DNA of 64,000 nt from Acidimicrobiales bacterium. GTDB taxonomy: Bacteria > Actinomycetota > Acidimicrobiia > Acidimicrobiales > Aldehydirespiratoraceae. The translations under genes were made by a program, and so were the position numbers. The stretch's first letter is position 1. Each line of letters starts with the position of its first letter. Shown in pieces: positions 1-9,122 of the stretch. The notes beneath the pieces were generated by a model, which searched no databases, was not told the origin of the DNA, and saw only the letters and a list, made by a program, of their open reading frames with translations. The stretch spans positions 1,443,279 to 1,507,278 of the forward strand of contig OZ220692.1 of assembly GCA_965116485.1 (NCBI GenBank), read 5' to 3'.

Positions 1-2574
1 TACATCGAGCAGTTCACCGTTGTCACCGATCAACTCGGCAACCCTCTCGTCAGGCGTCCCGTCATGCGGTACGTCTTGAAGCCGTCCGAAGTAGGCCAGC
101 GCCAGCCTGTGCAGGTTCGGGGCTGAGAATTGGTTTGCCGCCAGTTCACCGCGGGACTCCTGCAGGCCCTCCTGCCAGTCGGCCTGTCGCTCCTGCCTTT
201 CTCGCTTGTGATCGGCCATGATCTGGTCGATCTCTTGTTGATATCGGAGTTCCTCTTCTTGGAACTCAAGTTGTGTTTCCGAAGGTCTGAGGAACTGCTC
301 CAAGTGTTCAAGCAGCTTCGGGACGTTCGACAATTCAGACCTCAGTTGTCTGATTGTCTCGTCCAGTGGTGTTGCCCATCGAATCGCTAAGCGGACAAAC
401 GCCTCGGCAAGCTCCGTGTCGCATTCGACCGAGTTGCGTGCTTCAGCGGCACACCAACTGACAAAACCGTCCGGTAACGGGAACAACAGTTTCCTGAGAT
501 TCCAATGACCAAGTTCATGCGTGTCTCCCACGTCGTCCTTGAGCCACAACCGAATCAGGGATTTGTGGACGTCCGGTTGGCCTCGAATGCGTTCGGCGAT
601 TTCAGACCATTTCCTGTCACGCAGGTTGTTCCAGTCGCCTCTTGGATTCAGAACGGCGAGCAGCCAGCGGTAGAGGGCGTCGGGGGCAACCCAGTCGGAG
701 TCATTCAACAGGCGAATCAGAATGTCTAGTGGGATGCTGTCGAGGGATGCGCCCCCCCGCCTTGCGAGTAGTTGGTCGGACTGGCGCTCGAACCCGTCGA
801 GCAGCTGGCAGAGCTCGTCGACCCCGCGCCCCTCGAGCAGGACATACCTCCAGAACCGCCAGTAGCGTCCGCTGATCGGTATGCCCGGCCCCTCGATGGA
901 GTATCGCCACACCTCGCCCGGTGAGATGAGCCGCGGGTAGAGCAAGTGCAACAGGGTTCCCGTCAGCTCCCCGTCGGGATCTTCGGTCTCCCAGTCGTCG
1001 AGACACTCCAGCACCTCGACCAGCGCCCGCTCGGTGGTATCGCCGGGCGGTGAAACCCGTTCGAAGGCCGCCACTGCGGCTAGCCTCGTCTCCGGCACGA
1101 GTCGTGCATCGAGCATGAGTCGCTCTACCTGCGGCGCAAGGAAGGCCAACTGCTCGAGCCACTCTGTCTCCGCCTCGGCCAGGGACCGAAGCAAGAGACG
1201 AATGATGAGGTCGGGAACAGCGCTGCGTCGTGCCGCGCCGAGGCACTCCTCCAAGGTGTCGGCCATGTCCGGCTTGCACAGGCTGCGGAAGCTCATCGCA
1301 ACTGCATCGCGGTAGCGATGCTCGGCTGTGTCGAACCACGTGTAGCCCCAGAGGTCCTCAGATCGCGCTTGGGCGACGAGACAGTCTAGGAGCTTGCGGC
1401 GGTCTGCGACAGACCACTCGGAAATGTCCCCGTACAGGGCCATCCCGACGGGGTCCGCCTCGATCAACTGACTGCGTGCAGGAGGCGACAGCGTGCCCAG
1501 CCACGCTGCAAGCCCGCGCAGGTCTGTCACAACCTTGCCGTCAAGTGGGCTAGTCAACGTGCCACACACCTGTCTGGCGGACAGGTCCCCTCGGCTGATG
1601 AGGCCGGCCAAGTGCGATGCGCCGAGGTACTCGGCCACCTGCCTGTGGACGGGCGCGACTTGCTGCTCCGCAGCGCCCCTGAAGAGGTTCGTGCGGGCGG
1701 CCTCATTGAGAGCAGGCAGGTCGTCGACATCCGAACTGGCCTCGGCCACGGGGATGAATCCAACATCGGCGCGAGCGGACCCGAGTGCATAGCCCGCCTT
1801 GTTTGCGAGGAGTTGGATCGCGCACAACCGCTCGGCCGCTGCGAGCACAGCTTCGGGGCAACGTGGCATCGCCGACCGGGGGTGCGATGGGTTGTGCTCA
1901 ACGGCGAGCGTTCGACAGGCCCGCGCAAACACCTCTCGTCGCGATGACGGGACGCCGTTCGGCTCGGTTGCAGACTTGATGAGCAGTCTGAGCAGCAGCG
2001 GGTTGTCCAGCATGAACTCCGAGCCGCCGACAACGATCTCACTGATGAACGCTGTCGGGTCTTCGAAATCCAATTCCGACTTCAAGTACTCGTGTACGGC
2101 AGGTCGATCCAGAGGGTCCAGACTGAGCGTCGTCACTCGGCCGTCTGGCGACGCGTTGGCGAGGGGAGTGCGGTCGACAGGACCGAGCCAGTCGGCTGCA
2201 CGGCAGGAGATGCGGAACCTCGGTTTTCCGAGGGAATCGAGCCTCGACTGGATCTCGTCGAGCGCTGTTGTGTTGTGTCGGGCACCGGCCCGGGTCTCGT
2301 CGAGACCGTCGATGAAGAGGACCTTGTTTCGCCACTCGGGATGCGCAGCGATGTCGGCCTTTGCGAAGCTGCGTGCCGAGATCAACTCGGCAGCGTCAGC
2401 CAAAGCCTTGCACTCCTGCTCGAACTCAGTTGTCTTGCCGGAGCCGGGCTCGCCGAGCAGAACGTAGGCGGGCACGTCCCGAAACGCACTCAGCGGCTGT
2501 GATCCCTCAATGCCCGCTGAATCGTCTGTGGCGATCTCGGTGCAGGTGCGGGGAATCAGGCTGTTCGCGGTCAT
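1..2574 (-). CDS. NACHT/STAND-family NTPase (Avs/bNACHT-like large ATPase), 3' end runs off the window
   Basis: Hand translation from ATG 2574 is open to position 1 (858 codons), so the ORF track omits it. Walker A GEPGSGKT at aa 41-48, Walker B LFIDGLDE, then RFRISCRAADWLG, NPLLLRLL and PVHRQVAEYLG, followed by a long helical-looking region. Confidence 0.85.
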   Translation of the reverse strand, partial: MTANSLIPRTCTEIATDDSAGIEGSQPLSAFRDVPAYVLLGEPGSGKTTEFEQECKALADAAELISARSFAKADIAAHPEWRNKVLFIDGLDETRAGARHNTTALDEIQSRLDSLGKPRFRISCRAADWLGPVDRTPLANASPDGRVTTLSLDPLDRPAVHEYLKSELDFEDPTAFISEIVVGGSEFMLDNPLLLRLLIKSATEPNGVPSSRREVFARACRTLAVEHNPSHPRSAMPRCPEAVLAAAERLCAIQLLANKAGYALGSARADVGFIPVAEASSDVDDLPALNEAARTNLFRGAAEQQVAPVHRQVAEYLGASHLAGLISRGDLSARQVCGTLTSPLDGKVVTDLRGLAAWLGTLSPPARSQLIEADPVGMALYGDISEWSVADRRKLLDCLVAQARSEDLWGYTWFDTAEHRYRDAVAMSFRSLCKPDMADTLEECLGAARRSAVPDLIIRLLLRSLAEAETEWLEQLAFLAPQVERLMLDARLVPETRLAAVAAFERVSPPGDTTERALVEVLECLDDWETEDPDGELTGTLLHLLYPRLISPGEVWRYSIEGPGIPISGRYWRFWRYVLLEGRGVDELCQLLDGFERQSDQLLARRGGASLDSIPLDILIRLLNDSDWVAPDALYRWLLAVLNPRGDWNNLRDRKWSEIAERIRGQPDVHKSLIRLWLKDDVGDTHELGHWNLRKLLFPLPDGFVSWCAAEARNSVECDTELAEAFVRLAIRWATPLDETIRQLRSELSNVPKLLEHLEQFLRPSETQLEFQEEELRYQQEIDQIMADHKRERQERQADWQEGLQESRGELAANQFSAPNLHRLALAYFGRLQDVPHDGTPDERVAELIGDNGELLDV

Positions 2575-3827
2575 GCCGGACTCAACCAGTGGTCTGCAGG
2601 CTTCGAGAGGAACTCTTCCAACGGCACGCCCGTCTCCCCTACGACGATCGAGGGAGAAGCAGAGAACTTGGACTGAAAAACCTCCATACTTGAGCGTCGA
2701 GGGCGGCTGCGACCAGCCTTAACTTCAATACCGACGAGGCGGGGTCCCCGCTGCAGAACGAAGTCGACCTCCTGGTTGCCGTCGCGCCAGTACCTGACAC
2801 TGGTCGCCGACGAAGCGGAATTGACCAAGTGCGCGCCGACCGCGCTCTCAACGACCCTTCCCCAGTGGTTGCGATCCCCTCGGGCGTCATCGAAGCTGTT
2901 GCCGAAGACGGCTGACATGAGAGCCGTGTTGAGAACATTCAGCTTCGGCGACGAGGAACGTCGCATGAGGGGATTGTTGGAATGTTTGAAGAGGCCGGTG
3001 ACCAGACCGGCGCTGGACAGGAATCCCAGGTAACGCGCGAGTGTCGACTCATGGCCCGCGTCCTCGAGTTGTCCGCGCATCTTCTTGTACGAGAGCTCTT
3101 GCCCCGAGTACAGGCAGCCCAGTTCAAGCAATTGCCGCAACAGAGCCGGTTTGTCGACACGGGTCATCGCCAGAATGTCGCGTTCGAGGTGCGGCTCGAT
3201 CAGCGCGTCGGTGACGTAGCCCCGCCAGCGTTCGAAACTGCTTCGCATGCGGGCTGCGCCGGGGTAGCCGCCGTAGAAGACGAATTCGTCGCAGTCGAAT
3301 CCGAAAGCGTCGCGCATCTCACTGAACGACCAGTGCGTCGCTCCAATCGATTCGAATCTGCCTGCGAGACTCTCTGTGAGGCCCGCATGGATTCGCATTG
3401 GCGCTGAGCCGAGAACAACGACATGCAGCGGACATCCTGAAGCCCGGTCGGCGTCCCAGAGTCCCTTGACCGTTTCGGACCATTGGGGGATCTTCTGTAT
3501 TTCGTCGAGCACCAGCACGAACTTCGAACCAAATCTCGCGGCTTCTTCAGAACACGTCCGCCAGACTCTCACAAGCCATTCTGTGTCTCGCGGAGCCGCA
3601 GAGAAGCGAGCTTCAGACGCCGCAACCGGCCCAACCGGCTCAGAGCGCGGCTGATCCAATAGATCCACTGCTTCGTAACGAGACGGATACGGGACTTTGG
3701 CCAGGGCTTGGCGCACGATCGTTGTTTTGCCGCATTGCCGCGGCCCGAAGATTGTGAAGATTCGTTCAACGGGTTCGTTGAGCCGCTCAACCAGCAAATC
3801 GACCTGTGATCGCTCGTAGCTATGCAT
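2571..3827 (-). CDS. AAA_14-type ATPase with C-terminal DUF4143 (PD-(D/E)xK-like) domain
   Basis: GPRQCGKTT Walker A, VLVLDEIQK Walker B, C-terminal EVDFVLQRGPRLVGIEVKAG; its TGA overlaps the STAND ATG (ATGA). Confidence 0.88.
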   Translation of the reverse strand: MHSYERSQVDLLVERLNEPVERIFTIFGPRQCGKTTIVRQALAKVPYPSRYEAVDLLDQPRSEPVGPVAASEARFSAAPRDTEWLVRVWRTCSEEAARFGSKFVLVLDEIQKIPQWSETVKGLWDADRASGCPLHVVVLGSAPMRIHAGLTESLAGRFESIGATHWSFSEMRDAFGFDCDEFVFYGGYPGAARMRSSFERWRGYVTDALIEPHLERDILAMTRVDKPALLRQLLELGCLYSGQELSYKKMRGQLEDAGHESTLARYLGFLSSAGLVTGLFKHSNNPLMRRSSSPKLNVLNTALMSAVFGNSFDDARGDRNHWGRVVESAVGAHLVNSASSATSVRYWRDGNQEVDFVLQRGPRLVGIEVKAGRSRPRRSSMEVFQSKFSASPSIVVGETGVPLEEFLSKPADHWLSPA

Positions 3828-3838
3828 AACACCAGGTT

Positions 3839-3873
3839 AACATAAATATTATGTTTGTGCGCAAATTTGCGCA
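3839..3873. promoter_or_regulatory. Two adjacent palindromes, putative operator sites
   Basis: Imperfect AACATAAATATTATGTT (3839-3855) and perfect TGCGCAAATTTGCGCA (3858-3873) in the AT-rich divergent gap upstream of the AAA gene. Confidence 0.45.
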
Positions 3874-3888
3874 GGAGCATAATCAAGA

Positions 3889-5196
3889 GTGCATCGGAGC
3901 GTCGCCACAAGCCGTCGTCCGACCATCTTGGCAGACGCCAATGGGCCGTTGTCGCCGTCTGGGATTAGCGTTGTGGAAGTGGGATCGGAAGCGGCTGGTG
4001 AGACTTCGTTGAGCGGCGACGAGCTTGAGCGGGGCCGTGCCCGCACCGAGCGTTGGTTCATACGCCGCGGGCTGCCGCATCTGATCGATCACTATTCGGT
4101 TCGTGAGGATGTGCTCACGAGGATGGTCCCGTTCCTCGCCTTCGTGGTGTTTCTGGAACTGTTCCTGGCTTTCGGAGACCGCTGGGCCGGCTGGGCGCAG
4201 GCCGGGGTTTTCACGGGCTGCGTCGCTTTGGGGGTTGCTGCGTTCGCGCTGATCAACCGGATCCGCGGGCGTCGGCTGGTTCAGCTCCCTGACCGGGTGG
4301 GAACGCTGGAGATAGTCCTGTACCTGCTGCTGCCCGCAGTTCCGACTGCGGTCGGTTCGCAGACCGCGGTCGCCGAGAACGTGCTCGTCGTCCTGGTGTT
4401 CAATGTGCTCGTCCTGCTTGTGGCCTTCGTGGTGACGTCATGGGGACTCGTGCCGATGATCCGCTGGTCGATCGGGCAGCTGCGAGCGCAGATCGGCGAC
4501 ATTGCGAACCTGACCATGAAGTCGTTGCCGATTCTGTTGATCTTCTCGGCTTTCATCTTCTTGAACGCAGAGATGTGGCAGGTGGCCAATGACTTCACGT
4601 TGCCGTACTTCGCCGCTGTGGTAGCTCTGATCGTGTTGATCGGCTCGGGCTTCGTGATGTTGTCGGTGCGGAGGATCACCGTCGACCTGGCTCGTTTCGA
4701 ACGCTGGTCCGACGTGCGTGAACGCAGCGTCGACACGCCTGTGGAGCAGATGGTGCCAGATGACGAAGCACCCGCTCCCGACGCTCCGAGGCTGCACCGA
4801 CGCGCCGAGTACAACGTCGGCCTGCTGCTGTTCGCGTCCCAGGCGATTCAGATTCTGCTGGTGGCCCTGGTGATCACTGCCTTCTACGTGCTGTTCGGGC
4901 TGTTGACAGTGCGGGAGGAGACCCTGTTGCAGTGGACCACGGCGACCGAGTTGACAAGCAGTGCTGATTGGGCGTCGCGCTGGTCGATCTTGGGTGGCGA
5001 ACTCATATTCACCCGCCAACTGGTGTTGGTGTCGGCGTTCATCGGACTCATGTCGGGCTTGCAGTTCGCGGTGCAGATCGTGACGGACACCGCCTACCGG
5101 GCCGAGTTCGCCGAAGACATGACCGGCGAGATCCGCGAAGCATTAGCGGTGCGGGCCGTCTATTACCGCCGATTGGTTCTCAACGGTTCGGGCTAG
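3889..5196 (+). CDS. Multi-pass integral membrane protein of unknown function (true start may be ~80-120 nt downstream)
   Basis: 435-aa ORF with about 8-9 hydrophobic segments; no motif recognised. Confidence 0.75.
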   Translation: MHRSVATSRRPTILADANGPLSPSGISVVEVGSEAAGETSLSGDELERGRARTERWFIRRGLPHLIDHYSVREDVLTRMVPFLAFVVFLELFLAFGDRWAGWAQAGVFTGCVALGVAAFALINRIRGRRLVQLPDRVGTLEIVLYLLLPAVPTAVGSQTAVAENVLVVLVFNVLVLLVAFVVTSWGLVPMIRWSIGQLRAQIGDIANLTMKSLPILLIFSAFIFLNAEMWQVANDFTLPYFAAVVALIVLIGSGFVMLSVRRITVDLARFERWSDVRERSVDTPVEQMVPDDEAPAPDAPRLHRRAEYNVGLLLFASQAIQILLVALVITAFYVLFGLLTVREETLLQWTTATELTSSADWASRWSILGGELIFTRQLVLVSAFIGLMSGLQFAVQIVTDTAYRAEFAEDMTGEIREALAVRAVYYRRLVLNGSG

Positions 5197-5204
5197 CGCA
5201 GGGT
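5086..5204 (+). repeat. Copy 1 of duplicated membrane-gene 3' end (intact copy)
   Basis: 5086-5181 aligns to 6964-7059 with 11 mismatches in 96 nt (hand count); similarity fades near 5204. Confidence 0.9.
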
Positions 5205-5337
5205 GTCTAGCCACGGGCCTGTCGCGCCGACTCTCTTGGCGGTTCGGTGTCGTCGCCCACTCGGGATGCCTCGCGGTGCAAACTCTCGCTCCGCACGTTT
5301 GTGGCAGGCCTCGCTGAGCGAGCGGACGTAGTCGAGT

Positions 5338-5446
5338 TCGCGCCGATGCGCTGGGGTATGGCGGTCGCCGTCGGTGGGACTGCTGTGGGGATGTTGGTTC
5401 GCGCCGTCATTCCTGCGGTTCTAATGCTGGCGGTGGACAATGCGCT
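5338..5446 (+). pseudogene. Orphan fragment of the ABC exporter 5' region (APMRWGMAVAVGGTAVGML...DNAL)
   Basis: Aligns to 7369-7477 in the intact ABC gene with 16 mismatches in 109 nt; lacks the rest of the gene. Confidence 0.85.
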
Positions 5447-5502
5447 GCTTTGGGCGAAGGGGTCGCTGGTTCAAAACTGTCACAACCCAGACCAGCAACG
5501 AC

Positions 5503-6798
5503 CTAGCGATGCGACCGGCAGCCTCCTTTATGGCCGCGGGTCAGAACACACTCGGCTTGAGAACGCGGCATCCATTTCAAGCATCGCGTCGGCGCGTGAT
5601 CTGTGGGCCGTTCATCGGGGAGTCTTAGAACGGCTGTCTCGGCCAACACGTCCTCTTTCGGCACCAAGTTGGACACACGGTAGAAACCCACTCGTGGCGA
5701 TTCGAGGTAGCCGAGGTCGCACAACCGAGACAGCCGGTTGTTGACCGCTCGGCGGCTGCCAGCAACCGCTCTCGCCAAGTCCTGGAACCTTGCTGACTCG
5801 TCGCTCAATGCGACCAACTCAACTAGTTCTTGGTCTCGTTCGCTGAGCGCCAACCACGCTGGCCCGGACAGGTTCTTGCGTACAATCGGCGCGGCCATCT
5901 CGATTGCCCCCGACATGACGTCCTCGTCTATCTCGGACTCGGGACAGTTCGCAACCTTCCAAGCGAGATCGCCGATCACCTGCACCCGATACGGCGAGCC
6001 GTTCGCGGCGCCAGCGCCCAGAGCAATCGCAGACGGCGTGATATGTCCACCGCCGCGTCGGACTGTGGCGGCTAAGCACAGAGACGCTTCCTCTGATGTG
6101 AGGGACTTGATCTGGTGATGCGTTGCTCGCTGGAAAAAGGTGTCCATAGTGCCACGAGCAAGCGTATGAGTCATCTGTGGGAGACCTGCCCCCACGAACG
6201 CGAGCGGCATATTGGCGGTCGAGTTGATGTGTTGCAAGTCGTTGACGAGACGGCTTCCGCCGCTGGGATGAATGGAGTGCAGTTCGTCCACGGTCAGCAA
6301 TACGGACGTGCCATGCTCAAGAGCTTTCTGAGTGATCCATGTCAAACTCGTTCTCATGCCAATGCCACGACTCGTGCCCCGATAAGACGACGATCCGATC
6401 TTGCCTTGCAGCGGGCCAAGGTTGACGCCGAGGCTCGCTTCGACTGATTTGGAGACCACTGTTGCGTCATTGTCCAGGATCTCGTACCGAGACTTGGCTT
6501 TCTCTACCGACTCGATGATCCTGTCTTGAAGCCCGTCGCCCGACGCGTCCAGTCGGAGGACTATCCAGCCTTGGCGTGACGCTTCGTCTGCGATCTCGTG
6601 GAGCAGCACGGTTTTGCCGTTGCCTCGGACACCTATCAACAGGCTCACGTAGCCGTGGTTTTCTGGGCCTGCTGCGAGTCCCTCTTGGACAGCTCGAACA
6701 ACAGAACTACGCCCAACGAGAGCCATCGGCGCGCCGCCGAACTTTGGCGAGAACGGACTGCGGTGAACTCGTCCAGAAGGCAGGAGATCGGTGGGCAT
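5503..6798 (-). CDS. AAA+ ATPase (AAA_16/Orc1-Cdc6-like layout) with C-terminal winged-helix-like region and Cys/His tail
   Basis: Likely start MPTDLLPSG at 6798; Walker A GVRGNGKT, Walker B LLTVDELH, sensor FVGAGL, HTH-like RRAVNNRLSRLCDLGYL, tail RCLKWMPRSQAECVLTRGHKGGC. Confidence 0.8.
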   Translation of the reverse strand: MPTDLLPSGRVHRSPFSPKFGGAPMALVGRSSVVRAVQEGLAAGPENHGYVSLLIGVRGNGKTVLLHEIADEASRQGWIVLRLDASGDGLQDRIIESVEKAKSRYEILDNDATVVSKSVEASLGVNLGPLQGKIGSSSYRGTSRGIGMRTSLTWITQKALEHGTSVLLTVDELHSIHPSGGSRLVNDLQHINSTANMPLAFVGAGLPQMTHTLARGTMDTFFQRATHHQIKSLTSEEASLCLAATVRRGGGHITPSAIALGAGAANGSPYRVQVIGDLAWKVANCPESEIDEDVMSGAIEMAAPIVRKNLSGPAWLALSERDQELVELVALSDESARFQDLARAVAGSRRAVNNRLSRLCDLGYLESPRVGFYRVSNLVPKEDVLAETAVLRLPDERPTDHAPTRCLKWMPRSQAECVLTRGHKGGCRSHR

Positions 6799-6820
6799 GC
6801 GCAGATACTGCACTGCCGCC

Positions 6821-6880
6821 GCGCACTTCGTGTGGACACGACGCATTTCGTATGGATGCGCCGCACTTCGCATGGACACA
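6821..6880 (+). repeat. Three tandem imperfect 20-bp direct repeats upstream of the AAA+ gene
   Basis: GCGCACTTCGTGTGGACACG / ACGCATTTCGTATGGATGCG / CCGCACTTCGCATGGACACA. Confidence 0.85.
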
Positions 6881-6963
6881 ACTCTCGGGCCTGTTCACAG
6901 GATCCTCCGGCACCTCACGAGCACGGTATTGGTTATGGCAACTACAAAGACCTCCAAGGAAGT

Positions 6964-7083
6964 GACACCGCCTACCGGGCCGAGTTCGCCGAGGACATGA
7001 CCAGCGAGATCCGCGAGGCGCTCGCGGTGCGAGCCGTCTACTAGCGACGGTTGGTTCTCGTCGGTCCCGGCCAGGGCAGGGCG
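6964..7083 (+). pseudogene. Remnant copy 2 of membrane-gene 3' end with premature stop
   Basis: Encodes DTAYRAEFAEDMTSEIREALAVRAVY then TAG, where copy 1 has TAC (Tyr). Confidence 0.88.
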
Positions 7084-7226
7084 CTGCATGCGTAGCTGCC
7101 GATGCCCGCAACGGCTCCGAGGAGCACCGAGGTCACAATGGCGAGACTCAGGAATGCAGGTTTCACGCTCAATCAATGATATTGGTGATGTCGTGCACCG
7201 CGAACGTGAATCCTGCTCTGTGAGCG

Positions 7227-9122
7227 ATGACGGCTGTTGAGCCCTCGCTCGGATCTGCGCAACGGCCAACCTCGGTAGCCACACCGCAGCTGGCCCGCTA
7301 CGTCACCCCTCAGGGACGTCCCAGTCCCGATGCTTCCAAGGGCTGGCTGCGCCGGCTGTGGCCGGTTGTCGCGCCGATGAAGTGGGGTATGGCGGTCGCC
7401 GTAGGCGGGACTGCTGTGGGGATGGTTGTGCGCACCGTCATCCCGGCGGTGCTGATGTTGGCGATCGACAATGCGCTCGACGAACGCAGCGCTGCGATCG
7501 GCCCTTATGCCTGGGCCTTGGCGGCTCTGACGATCATTGGATTCGCGACCGGTTACGCGGCGCGGATGCAGATGTTCAAGGTTGCGTTCCGGGTGGAGAC
7601 CGCGCTGCGCCATGCCGTGTTCGATCACCTCTCGCGGCTGTCGGCGTCGTTCTACGACACCAGCGAGACCGGCCAGCTGTTGGCGAGAGCCAACGGCGAC
7701 ATCCGAGCTGTGCAGATGTTCTTGAACTTCGGTCCGTTCATGATCCTGTCGTTGGCCTCACTCGTGTTCGCGCTGGCGCTGATGCTCGCGGTGAGTGTGC
7801 CGCTGACTTTGGTGACTGTGCTGCCGGTCCCGGTGGTCGCCTACATCGGGCTCAAGAGTCGGCACCCTCAGCTTCCGGTGTGGTGGCTGGTCATGGCCCG
7901 CCAAGCGGATGTTGCCACGCTCACCGAAGAGAACATCGCGGGCGTGCGTGTGGTGAAGAGCTTTGCCGGTGAACGTCACGAGGTCCGCCGGATGGCCGGT
8001 GTGGCGGATCAGCTCCGTTGGGCGCAGGTGAAGGGCGCCGACGTGTCTGCGCGCTTCATTCCAGCTCTTGAGCATCTGCCCCGCCTCGGTCTGGTGGTCG
8101 TGCTGCTCTACGGGGGTCTGCTGGCCGAGCAAGGGCAGATCGGGATCGGTGCGCTGATCGCTTTCAGTTCCTACGTGATGATTCTGCAGGTGCCGTTTCG
8201 GTTCATCGGTCACCTGATTCAGATGGGACAGCGGGCCAAAGCTTCGGCGTTGCGGGTGTATGAGATTTTCGATCAGCCGATTGATGTGGTCGAGTCGCCC
8301 GATGCGGTGGACATTGACGGCGGTCCCGGCCGGGTCGAGTTCCGTGACCTGCGTTTCGGCTACGGCGCCGATCACGACGTGCTGACTGATTTCAGTCTTG
8401 GGATCGCGCCGGGTGAAACGGTCGCGATCGTCGGGGAGACCGCTTCGGGGAAGTCCACAGTGGCCCGGCTGCTGCCCCGCTTCTACGACGTGCGTGACGG
8501 TTCGGTGTTGATCGACGGCATCGACATCCGCCAGGCAACCCTCGACAGTCTCCGCCGGACGGTGGGTGTGGTTCTCGATGACCCGTTCCTGTTTTCGATG
8601 TCGGTGCGCGACAACATTGCTTTCGCTGACCCGACCGCTTCCGACGACTCCGTGCGGGCCGCGGCCGCCGCGGCGCAGGCTACAGAGTTCATCGAGGAAC
8701 TCGAGAACGGGTTCGACGAGGTGCTCGGTGAGCGGGGGTACACTCTGTCGGGAGGTCAGCGTCAACGGATCTCGTTGGCGCGGGCGTTGTTGCACGACCC
8801 GCAGATCCTGGTCCTCGACGACGCCACCAGCGCTATCGACGCAGGTGTGGAGGAGCGCATCCACTCGGCGCTTCGTCATGCGATGGTCGACCGAACGGTG
8901 ATCGTGATCGCCCACCGTCTGTCGACGATCGCCCTCGCGGATCGAGTGGTGCTGCTTGAATGCGGCCGGGTTGTGGCAAGCGGAACGCACGCTGATCTGC
9001 TCGTCGACGAACCGAAGTACCGTGAACTTCTCGAGCACTTCGACGACGAGCCACACGGCGTTTCGGGTGCTGATCGCGGCAGTGGAGCCGGTCCGAGCGA
9101 TGGGATCGGGGTCAAGCCATGA
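7227..9122 (+). CDS. ABC exporter, fused permease/ATPase (MdlA/MsbA-like), subunit 1
   Basis: TM domain plus GETASGKST, LSGGQRQR, LVLDD. Confidence 0.93.
   Translation: MTAVEPSLGSAQRPTSVATPQLARYVTPQGRPSPDASKGWLRRLWPVVAPMKWGMAVAVGGTAVGMVVRTVIPAVLMLAIDNALDERSAAIGPYAWALAALTIIGFATGYAARMQMFKVAFRVETALRHAVFDHLSRLSASFYDTSETGQLLARANGDIRAVQMFLNFGPFMILSLASLVFALALMLAVSVPLTLVTVLPVPVVAYIGLKSRHPQLPVWWLVMARQADVATLTEENIAGVRVVKSFAGERHEVRRMAGVADQLRWAQVKGADVSARFIPALEHLPRLGLVVVLLYGGLLAEQGQIGIGALIAFSSYVMILQVPFRFIGHLIQMGQRAKASALRVYEIFDQPIDVVESPDAVDIDGGPGRVEFRDLRFGYGADHDVLTDFSLGIAPGETVAIVGETASGKSTVARLLPRFYDVRDGSVLIDGIDIRQATLDSLRRTVGVVLDDPFLFSMSVRDNIAFADPTASDDSVRAAAAAAQATEFIEELENGFDEVLGERGYTLSGGQRQRISLARALLHDPQILVLDDATSAIDAGVEERIHSALRHAMVDRTVIVIAHRLSTIALADRVVLLECGRVVASGTHADLLVDEPKYRELLEHFDDEPHGVSGADRGSGAGPSDGIGVKP

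Noticed and set aside
30-2502. Many short track ORFs in the first 2.5 kb
   Set aside because: All are alternative-frame shadows of the single open minus-strand STAND frame.
5247-5744. 165-aa ORF in the track as a real gene
   Set aside because: Chimera of the orphan ABC fragment and sequence antisense to the ATPase gene.
5446-6963. IS element, prophage or integrative element
   Set aside because: No transposase or integrase, no terminal inverted repeats and no short exact target duplication; the flanks are long diverged homologies.
6598-7044. 148-aa ORF ending DTAYRAEF...AVY
   Set aside because: Mostly antisense to the ATPase; only the last 27 codons are meaningful and belong to the remnant.
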